DNA of 32,000 nt from Thermofilum pendens Hrk 5 (GTDB taxonomy: Archaea > Thermoproteota > Thermoprotei > Thermofilales > Thermofilaceae), in NCBI RefSeq assembly GCF_000015225.1, contig NC_008698.1, positions 450,001 through 482,000 on the forward strand, written 5' to 3'. Below, piece by piece: positions 25,653 through 32,000 of the stretch. Made by a program: the position numbers and the translations under genes. Every line of letters begins with the position of its first letter. The first letter of the stretch is position 1. Below the pieces are notes generated by a model, which made no database searches, was not told the DNA's origin, and saw only the letters and a list, made by a program, of their open reading frames with translations.

Positions 25653-26747
25653 CTAAGCCCCTCTCCTTAAGCGTGCAAGGTAGTCGCTGAGCGGCTCCCT
25701 GATAACTATACCCTTCCCCGATACAATGTCGAAGATATACTTGCTGGGCTTTACCGGGGCCCATCTAGCCTTCCTTATGTACATGACCCTTTCGACGTTA
25801 CCGTATATCTCCTCTATTCCGAGAACTATTATTCCCGACGCCAGGAACTCCTCCACGCCGAATCTGCTGAGCTTGGTGCTGCCAGTGGGTATCTCGCTCG
25901 TCATTATGGTTGTTAGCTCCCCAGTCTTTTCGATAGCGAAGACCATCTCCCTGAGGAACTCCCTGGCGTAGAGCACGTCCTCTTCTTTGCCGCCGTAGAC
26001 TAGCGGTGCAATGGGATCTATGACTAGCCTTTTAGCGTTTATTTTCTTGGCGGCGTTAAGTATCTGCTCGATAATATACCTGGGCTCGATGTGCTTTCTC
26101 TCGTCCCTCATGTAGATCTTGCTGAAGTGCGTCCTCATGTCCAGGAACATCAGCTTCCTAGCCGAGATTAAGTCGCCTAGGTCCCAGCCGAACAGCTTCA
26201 ACCCGCGCAACAACTGGTTCGTAGGCTCGTCTATAGCTATATAGAGCCCGGGCTCGCCGTTTAACGCTCCATTAATCAGGAACTGAATAGAGAATATCGT
26301 TTTACCGCAACCCGCCTCCCCAGCTACCAAGTACGTCTTACCGCGTAGAAAACCTCCTGCGAGGATCTCGTCAAGGCCAGGTATGCCGGTAGGCGCGTAA
26401 AGTGCTCTCTTCGACAGCAAAGCCTGATTAGTCGACATGACCTCATATGCCTCATCCGTATAGGGTATTTCCTCGACAGGATAAGGCTCCTGGGCAACGG
26501 GATAAGCATTACCAGCGACGCTGGCAACCGGTTGCGGGTACTGCACTGCTGTCTGCGTCGCCTCGACGACAGTAGCCTGAGACACCTGGACAGCCTCTGC
26601 TGGCTGGGCTACCCTGCAGGGCGGGCTGTAGGGGTCCGCGACTCTCGTTTTAAGCTTTAAACAGTACTGCCTGGACTTTATGTAGAGAGGGCATCCTATG
26701 CACGAAGACCTAGCAACCCTATCCATGCCTGCCAAGTCAAACCCCAT
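25653..26747 (-). CDS. KaiC/RadA-superfamily single-domain ATPase with an N-terminal Cys cluster and low-complexity linker
   Basis: Walker A GEAGCGKT and Walker B LVIDP. The KaiC-like core begins at GIPGLDEILAGGFLRG. The N-terminus has CIGC...C...C (4 Cys), followed by a Q/A/V/P/Y-rich segment of about 70 aa. Confidence 0.8.
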   Translation of the reverse strand: MGFDLAGMDRVARSSCIGCPLYIKSRQYCLKLKTRVADPYSPPCRVAQPAEAVQVSQATVVEATQTAVQYPQPVASVAGNAYPVAQEPYPVEEIPYTDEAYEVMSTNQALLSKRALYAPTGIPGLDEILAGGFLRGKTYLVAGEAGCGKTIFSIQFLINGALNGEPGLYIAIDEPTNQLLRGLKLFGWDLGDLISARKLMFLDMRTHFSKIYMRDERKHIEPRYIIEQILNAAKKINAKRLVIDPIAPLVYGGKEEDVLYAREFLREMVFAIEKTGELTTIMTSEIPTGSTKLSRFGVEEFLASGIIVLGIEEIYGNVERVMYIRKARWAPVKPSKYIFDIVSGKGIVIREPLSDYLARLRRGA

Positions 26748-26836
26748 TTCTGAATTTTAGAAAAGTGGTGTTTATATATGTGTTGATTAGCGCGCGTAGC
26801 AGTCGAGGAGTAATGACCCTCCCTTTCCATAGCGCT

Positions 26837-27148
26837 TTATTCCGGTGGAGAATCTCTTAGGCGCGCCCCTTCTCCCACAACTCCCTGAATTTCAAGCAAG
26901 GCTAGAAGGATTCGAGAATAGGTATTGAGAGAGGCCCTCAAGCTTGACACTTTAGACGAAACGATGGTTAAGGTTAGGGAGCCCCCTTCGACGCTGAGAG
27001 ATACCTTGGACCGATACCTAGGCACTTCCTCCGTTTCAGGCTTCAGAGAACGGTAAATGATGGACACCTCCTCTTCGGTTCCAAGTACCCTGACCACTGC
27101 CTTCAATGGGGCGCCACTCTTCGACACACAAGCACAGGACGCGTGCAC
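26837..27148 (-). CDS. pcc1: KEOPS complex subunit Pcc1-like
   Basis: LKAVVRVLGTEEEVSIIYRSLKPE...LTLTIVSSKVSSLRASLNTYSRILLALLE matches the Pcc1/CTAG pattern (A.D..aLRAslNs..R). A TATA-like CTTTATTTG directly abuts the ATG at 27148, so the real start may be the GTG at 27127. Confidence 0.7.
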   Translation of the reverse strand: MHASCACVSKSGAPLKAVVRVLGTEEEVSIIYRSLKPETEEVPRYRSKVSLSVEGGSLTLTIVSSKVSSLRASLNTYSRILLALLEIQGVVGEGARLRDSPPE

Positions 27149-27182
27149 AAATAAAGCTTGTTTTCAAACACTAAGGCGCGCG

Positions 27183-27758
27183 CTAGGCAATACCTTCCAA
27201 GCTTCTACTACGTATGCGTACCAGAGATTCTATGAGTAGCTTTGGACCTATGGCTGACCCACCCTCGTAGAACTTTATAACGTAAGCAAGGGAGGGACGA
27301 TCAACCTTCTCCACGACCATCAACCTCCCGGGGTATTTCGCTACAGCTTCTTCTCCCATCGCCCCGAGGTAAGTAACGTCGAGCATCACGGATAACTCCT
27401 CGGCGAGCTCCGTCTCCGAGCCTAGAGAGACTACTGGGACCTCTCTCGCAGGCCTTCTCGAAGCCGCACTGCCGGGGGAGAAAACCACGCCTCTAAGCCT
27501 GATCAGGTAAGGAAAAACCCTCGGAGCGTCACCGCTCAGATCGAAGAACACCATTCTCCCGGGGTTGCCGCCCCGCCCCCTATAGATCACCACTAGTCTG
27601 CTCGCCTTCCGGGCCCTCGCCAGCGCGAGAACCTCGGGAAGACTTCTACCACCCCTGTTAAGCCTAGCCGCCGAGTAAAGCATTGTGGCTAGTTCCCGGG
27701 CAAGCCTTCTCAGAGGCACTGTATCGTGGCGAGAAGTCGTGAATATGATCCTCGGCAT
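27183..27758 (-). CDS. Brix-domain (Imp4-like) ribosome biogenesis protein
   Basis: MPRIIFTTSRHDTVPLRRLARELA...RLVVIYRGRGGNPGRMVFFDL is typical of archaeal Brix proteins. ATG 27758 lies about 36 nt from the ATTTATC box (minus). Confidence 0.8.
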   Translation of the reverse strand: MPRIIFTTSRHDTVPLRRLARELATMLYSAARLNRGGRSLPEVLALARARKASRLVVIYRGRGGNPGRMVFFDLSGDAPRVFPYLIRLRGVVFSPGSAASRRPAREVPVVSLGSETELAEELSVMLDVTYLGAMGEEAVAKYPGRLMVVEKVDRPSLAYVIKFYEGGSAIGPKLLIESLVRIRSRSLEGIA

Positions 27759-27790
27759 ACGCAACTACTCTCAGCTAAGGCATACTTTAA

Positions 27791-27821
27791 GATAAATCTC
27801 GCGCGAGCAAAAGTATTTATA
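27791..27821. promoter_or_regulatory. Divergent promoter: TATA (minus) - palindrome CTCGCGCGAG - TATA (plus)
   Basis: GATAAAT (27791-27797; ATTTATC on the minus strand, for the Brix gene), the 10-nt perfect palindrome (27798-27807), 6 nt, then TATTTATA (27814-27821) centred about 33 nt upstream of tRNA-Arg. Confidence 0.55.
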
Positions 27822-27849
27822 CGCATGGATGGCGTTTCTGAGGAAATGT

Positions 27850-27946
<97 letters not shown>

Positions 27947-27991
27947 GTGCACACGTAATAAGCTAATATATCAGGGACTCAAGCTCTAAAA

Positions 27992-28048
27992 ATGGATGAT
28001 GAATAGGAAGAACGTGTGATTGATGATCTCGTGAGCAGCCACTGACAC
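27992..28048 (+). ncRNA. C/D-box sRNA candidate (irregular internal spacing)
   Basis: C box AUGAUGA (27996-28002), second box UUGAUGA (28020-28026) and terminal CUGA (28042-28045), 50 nt from C to D overall. TATA-like CTAATATAT (27963-27971) lies about 27 nt upstream of the C box. D' is unclear (GUGA 28016-19 abuts C'), and the C'-D spacer is 15 nt. Confidence 0.4.
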
Positions 28049-28071
28049 ATTATAGAAAGCATAAATAACCC

Positions 28072-28236
28072 GTGTACACGAAGTGCCACGTGACTAAGTG
28101 GAAGTTAAAGTGCGATAGGTGCGGAGGTATACAAGTGAGGGACTTGGGGTTTAACCTCTACGAGTTTAAAAAAGTGCACATTTACTGTCCATACTGTAGG
28201 GAGAACACGCCGCACACAGTACTAGGCCACGAGTGA
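28072..28236 (+). CDS. Small zinc-ribbon protein (54 aa; below the ORF-track cutoff)
   Basis: GTG-YTKCHVTKWKLKCDRCGGIQVRDLGFNLYEFKKVHIYCPYCRENTPHTVLGHE-TGA. CxxC...CxxC pair (KCDRCG / YCPYC). A/T boxes at 28050-28068. An alternative GTG start is at 28090. Convergent with the SMC-like gene. Confidence 0.4.
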   Translation: MYTKCHVTKWKLKCDRCGGIQVRDLGFNLYEFKKVHIYCPYCRENTPHTVLGHE

Positions 28237-28243
28237 GGGGGCG

Positions 28244-30619
28244 CTACATCCGGGAAAGCCTTACCAGGGAAACTCCTTCAACTCTTCCCGCTATGTCTTC
28301 TGCCTGGGTAGTAACAATCGCCTGCCTCAGACCCGTTACCAGCAACATTGACTTAAGCAGGGATGCTTTGATAGCGTCATCAACGTTCGGAACTGGCTCG
28401 TCGAGCACTAGGAAGCCTACCCTTTTGTTAAGCAACCTGTTAAGCCCAATGAGCAACGAGAGGAAAACCACCGTTTTTTGACCGTCGCTCAGCCTAGAGG
28501 AGTACGGGTACCACTCGCCGCCCACTTTAACCTCGACTTGGTAAATGCTTCGTCCTCCAACTCTTCGCGAGGGAGAGACAACCCTCACTCTAACTTCCTC
28601 GATATCCGTGTAGGGGTAAATCCCCCTTACAATCTCGTTGACAACCTTGTTTAGCTCCATTATCTTCTGGCTCCTCAAATCCGCGTGCACCTCTATTAAT
28701 GCCTCCTTAACTCTCCGAACTTTTCCCAGAACTTCTTCAAGCCTTCTCTCCCTGGCTAAGCGCTCCTCGAAGCTCTCCAGCATGGCTCTCTTTTCATCGA
28801 TGTCTTTCCTGATACCCTCCAATCTATGCCTCTTGTCCTCTATTTCCCGCGACAACGCTTCAATTCTTTTCTCAAGCTCCAAGTACTTGTTGTACTGCGG
28901 CTCAAGCCTTTGAAGCTCCGACCTGAGACTTGAGACTTCTTGTTCCAATTTCTTTATCTCGTCTAGCAACGGCAACTTGGAGTACGAGGTTCTAAGCCTT
29001 AAGAAATCTTCCCTAACAACTTTCAGCTCTGCTCCTATAACGCTTAACCCGCTCTTGGCCCTTTCTAGCTCCTCCCTCTCGGCGTCGAGTGCCGCCTGAA
29101 GGTTCTTCCTTTCCTCTAGTAGCCTTTGGTACTCCTCGTACGCCGCCTCGTAGTTTATAAGGGTAAGCTTGTACTCCCTGAGGTCCTCCAGCTTCTTCTT
29201 AAGCACATTTATTCTCTCCCTAAGCTTACCTATGCTCTCCTCTACGTCCTTTAGCTCCTTAACCGATTTAGAGACCTTCTCCCTCACCCAGTCGAGAAAT
29301 TCCTCCGAAAGCCTGTTCCCGCATACGTAGCACTCCGCCTCGCCCTTCTTCGCGACCTCCTCCGCTAAGACCCTCCTCACCGAGGAAACACACCTCTCGA
29401 GCTCGCTCCTTCTTTGAAGCATGCCGAGCTCGCTCTCAAGCCTCCCTATTTCTTCGCGTAGCTTGTTCTCGTCCCCGTACTCCGACTTTATCTTCTCGAT
29501 CTCGCTCTCCGCGCGCTCATAGTCACTCACATGCTCCTCTAAGCCTACGAGCCGGCTTTCGATCTCCCTTAGTTGCTTCTCGTAGACTTCTACCTGTGCG
29601 CTTAGCCCCTTTATCTCCCTGTACTTCTCGGAGTAGATCTCGTCCAGCTGGTGGAAAACCCTCTCAAAAGCGCTGAAAACCTCTCGAAGGTTATACTCAG
29701 AGACCTCTATGCCTTCTATTTCCTTGATGAGCTTGGAAGGTGGCAGGAGCTTTTCTGCAGCGCGTAGTAGTTTATCTCTCAGCTCTTCGAGCCCCACCAC
29801 CAGGGCGTCCAGGCTAAGAACTCCTTTAACCCTGTCCCTCAGGTCCTCCAGTAGCTTTTCCTTCGCGTTCAGCTCGCTTTTGAGCTCCTGGTACTTCTTA
29901 GCCGCGCCTTCGAGGTCGGAGGCTTCCTTTTTTAGCCCTTCAAGAAGCCTCTCGCCTTCGATTAGTTCCTGCTCAAGCCTGCGCTCCTCTTCTCTAAGGA
30001 TATTCAGGTTCTCCTCCGAGAAACCCGCTGAGCGTAGAAAGTCGACATCCCCTTTGAGGCTTCTCATTTCGTCGAGGATAGGTTTCGCGGTTATGGCTCG
30101 TGCGAGCTTCTCAACGGCGTCTATGCCGAGCAACCTGTCTAAAACCCTGCTTCTAACGCTTTGACTCCCGTGCGCGAGTAAAAACAGCGTTACGTAGTTT
30201 ATCGAAACACTGCGGGAAAACTCGAAGAAGTCCATCCCCAGAAGCTCCTCTACTTTCTCCAGTACCTTTGAAGACTCTCTCAGAATACCCCCGTCCGGGA
30301 GCAGAACCTCCACTCTCTCCCTGCCCTCCTTCGAAAGTCTCCTCTCGATCCTGTAAACTCCTTCACCCTCCACTTCTAATTCGAGTAGAACCCTGAGAGA
30401 CGCTGACGCCGAGTTAACTAGGTCCTTCTTCGTGTAGACCCTTCTCTCGATGTAGGAGTCGGTCCCGTACAGGGCATACTCTACTGCCGATAAAAGGCTA
30501 CTCTTACCCGAGCCAACAGGCCCGGCAATGACTGTTACTCCGTCTCCAAACTCGACGCGAAAAGGATCTTTAAAGAACCTGTAACCCTCAACCTCCACCC
30601 TCCGCAGGAGTACAACCAC
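28244..30619 (-). CDS. Rad50/SMC-like coiled-coil ATPase (arcadin-4 position in a crenactin operon)
   Basis: 791 aa. N-terminal Walker A GPVGSGKSS, about 550 aa of heptad-rich coiled coil with a central CYVCG hook-like CxxC, and C-terminal signature LSDGQKTVVFLSL plus Walker B FLVLDEP. No mre11, herA or nurA nearby. Confidence 0.85.
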   Translation of the reverse strand: MVVLLRRVEVEGYRFFKDPFRVEFGDGVTVIAGPVGSGKSSLLSAVEYALYGTDSYIERRVYTKKDLVNSASASLRVLLELEVEGEGVYRIERRLSKEGRERVEVLLPDGGILRESSKVLEKVEELLGMDFFEFSRSVSINYVTLFLLAHGSQSVRSRVLDRLLGIDAVEKLARAITAKPILDEMRSLKGDVDFLRSAGFSEENLNILREEERRLEQELIEGERLLEGLKKEASDLEGAAKKYQELKSELNAKEKLLEDLRDRVKGVLSLDALVVGLEELRDKLLRAAEKLLPPSKLIKEIEGIEVSEYNLREVFSAFERVFHQLDEIYSEKYREIKGLSAQVEVYEKQLREIESRLVGLEEHVSDYERAESEIEKIKSEYGDENKLREEIGRLESELGMLQRRSELERCVSSVRRVLAEEVAKKGEAECYVCGNRLSEEFLDWVREKVSKSVKELKDVEESIGKLRERINVLKKKLEDLREYKLTLINYEAAYEEYQRLLEERKNLQAALDAEREELERAKSGLSVIGAELKVVREDFLRLRTSYSKLPLLDEIKKLEQEVSSLRSELQRLEPQYNKYLELEKRIEALSREIEDKRHRLEGIRKDIDEKRAMLESFEERLARERRLEEVLGKVRRVKEALIEVHADLRSQKIMELNKVVNEIVRGIYPYTDIEEVRVRVVSPSRRVGGRSIYQVEVKVGGEWYPYSSRLSDGQKTVVFLSLLIGLNRLLNKRVGFLVLDEPVPNVDDAIKASLLKSMLLVTGLRQAIVTTQAEDIAGRVEGVSLVRLSRM

Positions 30620-30809
30620 ACTCCCTCACCTTCTCCTCGATGACAGCCCTAACCCCCCTAGCACCACCCGTAGCAAAAGCCTCCAGCAACTCGTACGCGA
30701 GCTTGAGCGCCTCAGGATCCTCTGACAGCCTACGCGCCAGCTGCTCTCTCAGGTAAGCCTCCACGCTCTTCCCAATGTACCTGCGCTCCGGACCCTCACG
30801 CTCCTCCAC
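30588..30809 (-). CDS. Small helical protein (73 aa, GTG start), arcadin-3 position
   Basis: It sits between the arcadin-2-position gene (24-nt gap) and the SMC-like gene, overlapping the latter's start by 14-32 nt. This suggests translational coupling. I recognise no family. Confidence 0.5.
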   Translation of the reverse strand: MEEREGPERRYIGKSVEAYLREQLARRLSEDPEALKLAYELLEAFATGGARGVRAVIEEKVRECGCTPAEGGG

Positions 30810-30833
30810 TACTTCACCCCGGCGACCAGCCTC

Positions 30834-31583
30834 CTACCCGGATCCTCCCCGCCTCCTGGAGAGGAAGTCGAGCCAGGGATTATCGCGGGCAAAGGACGGA
30901 AGCTCGGACTCATCGCCTCTCTCTGGGACCTTTTCCTCCGCGCGCCCCGCCCCTCCAGACGAGAGAATGCGCAACCAGGGGTTATCACGCGCGAAGGACG
31001 GTAGGTCGCCTGTCGATACCCCAGTAGCCTCGCCGCCCGGCACGGACACCGCTCGAGTCTCTCTTGCCTGCTCCGCACCTACAGAAAGGTCGCGTGTCGG
31101 AGAGTAGCCCAGGGGCGGGGGTAGCTGCTGAGCCCTGCTCTCTGAGGAGTAGCCTCCTAGAGCTGCGGGGTGCTTGTAGCTGGGCGTCCTGAGGGGGGCT
31201 GGAATTATCTCCACGACTCCCCCCTCCTCGGTAACGAGCAGTAAACCAGCTTTGTATTCGTCTTCAAACTCTCTCCTCAGAGAGTATCCCGTAAGCTTCA
31301 CCCAACCCTCCTCGTCCACCACTATGTACACTTTCCCATAGGAGGCATCGGCGCAAGTAGCGCCGGCACTCTTAACTCTTTGAAACATACTTCCCGTAGC
31401 CCCTGACCCTTCCGCGCCGGGCGCACCGCTCACGATCTTGAAGGCCACCCTAACCCCCGACCCATCAACCGCGGAGGCGTCGAAAGGTGGCTCCGCCTTC
31501 TCGAAGGCGCTCATACCAGCTTCCTTGGCGAAACGCTCGAGAGAGCGTATGATTCTCCGGCGCTTAACCTCCCCGCTATACAT
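30834..31583 (-). CDS. Arcadin-2-position protein: globular N-domain, disordered linker and two C-terminal LPSFARDNPWL motifs
   Basis: 249 aa, located directly downstream of the crenactin gene. The N-terminal ~135 aa look structured, followed by a G/S/P/A-rich linker and then the duplicated motif. Assignment is by gene order and architecture only. Confidence 0.6.
   Translation of the reverse strand: MYSGEVKRRRIIRSLERFAKEAGMSAFEKAEPPFDASAVDGSGVRVAFKIVSGAPGAEGSGATGSMFQRVKSAGATCADASYGKVYIVVDEEGWVKLTGYSLRREFEDEYKAGLLLVTEEGGVVEIIPAPLRTPSYKHPAALGGYSSESRAQQLPPPLGYSPTRDLSVGAEQARETRAVSVPGGEATGVSTGDLPSFARDNPWLRILSSGGAGRAEEKVPERGDESELPSFARDNPWLDFLSRRRGGSG
30870..31004 (-). repeat. Tandem in-frame duplication encoding LPSFARDNPWL twice (period 102 nt / 34 aa)
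   Basis: Copy 1 is 30972-31004 and copy 2 is 30870-30902. The peptides are 11/11 identical, and the DNA differs at 7 of 33 positions, all synonymous. Both copies are followed by x-(I/F)-L-S. Confidence 0.85.
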
Positions 31584-31628
31584 CCCCTCCCATTTTCAGA
31601 ATATCCCGCGAATATAAAAAGAGCGCGA

Positions 31629-32000
31629 CTAGTAGTGGACCCCTCTCTTGTACCAGCCTTCACGCCTCTTCCAGTCCCACTCTACGTCCTCGGGTACCGC
31701 TATGCTGTAAACGATCGTACCCTTCCAGACGGAGTATAAGGGGTCTGAGACCAACCTCACGTTGCTTTCAATGCCGAGCCTCTTAAGCTCCAAAGCGACC
31801 TTCGTAGCACTATCGACCGCGACGTCCTCAAGTCCCTGGGGGACCTTCCAGGCGAAGTTCCCTCCGCTCAGAATTATGTCCTTGTAGAGTGCCGGCTGTA
31901 GCTCAGTGCTAGTCCTTGAAACCGAGTGGGTAATTGCCTGTACCAGCGGCATGGTGCCCCTCACTCTCTCGCCGCCCACCACCGTGTCCTTGGGCCTGGG
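31629..32000 (-). CDS. Crenactin (archaeal actin homolog), C-terminal part (5' end lies outside the window)
   Basis: The frame is open to the window edge. DIILSGGNFAW corresponds to actin IVLSGGTT (phosphate-2/adenosine region), and PLYSVWKGTIVYS corresponds to actin KYSVWIGGSILAS. Confidence 0.8.
   Translation of the reverse strand, partial: PRPKDTVVGGERVRGTMPLVQAITHSVSRTSTELQPALYKDIILSGGNFAWKVPQGLEDVAVDSATKVALELKRLGIESNVRLVSDPLYSVWKGTIVYSIAVPEDVEWDWKRREGWYKRGVHY

Noticed and set aside
28244-30619. Annotating the 791-aa ATPase as the bona fide DNA-repair Rad50
   Set aside because: No mre11, herA or nurA genes are adjacent, as they are in the crenarchaeal repair operon. The gene is instead the last member of the crenactin operon. 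I kept it as Rad50/SMC-like (arcadin-4 position) rather than rad50.

Overview
The window looks like a gene-dense stretch of a hyperthermophile-type crenarchaeal chromosome. I infer a Thermoproteales or Thermofilum-like lineage from the crenactin operon and the multi-intron tRNAs, but I cannot verify this without a database.

About 90% of the window codes for recognisable housekeeping genes:
- Replication and repair: MCM C-terminus, Hel308, DnaG, RecJ/Cdc45-like protein.
- Translation: aIF5B, L24e, SUI1, S15, aRF1.
- RNA and ribosome biogenesis: Csl4, KH/Dim2-like protein, Rio1, Brix-domain protein, Pcc1.
- Other: SRP54, RpoP, a flavodiiron protein plus Hsp20, agmatinase, succinyl-CoA synthetase alpha and beta subunits, UMP kinase, NAD kinase, two methyltransferases, a KaiC-like ATPase.

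There are four tRNAs, all with encoded CCA: Gln-CUG, Val-UAC with two introns, Leu-GAG, and Arg-UCU with one non-canonical intron.

Items worth a second look:
1. The 3' end of the window holds an 'arcade'-type cytoskeletal operon: crenactin, an arcadin-2-position protein, a 73-aa protein, and a Rad50/SMC-like ATPase. The middle protein carries a tandemly duplicated LPSFARDNPWL peptide whose two DNA copies differ only by synonymous changes.
2. A GCGCGC/CGCGCG element is strongly concentrated in intergenic DNA. It sits just upstream of TATA boxes and directly after TAG stop codons at almost every transcription-unit boundary.
3. A GC-rich segment between tRNA-Gln and tRNA-Val contains an orphan 472-aa protein, a small divergent ORF, and a fragment of a ROK sugar kinase.
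4. Four unannotated C/D-box sRNA candidates each have a TATA-like box about 26-30 nt upstream.
5. A 54-aa zinc-ribbon ORF falls below the ORF-track length cutoff.

I saw no CRISPR array, rRNA, transposase or integrase. All counts and coordinates were derived by hand from the printed sequence.
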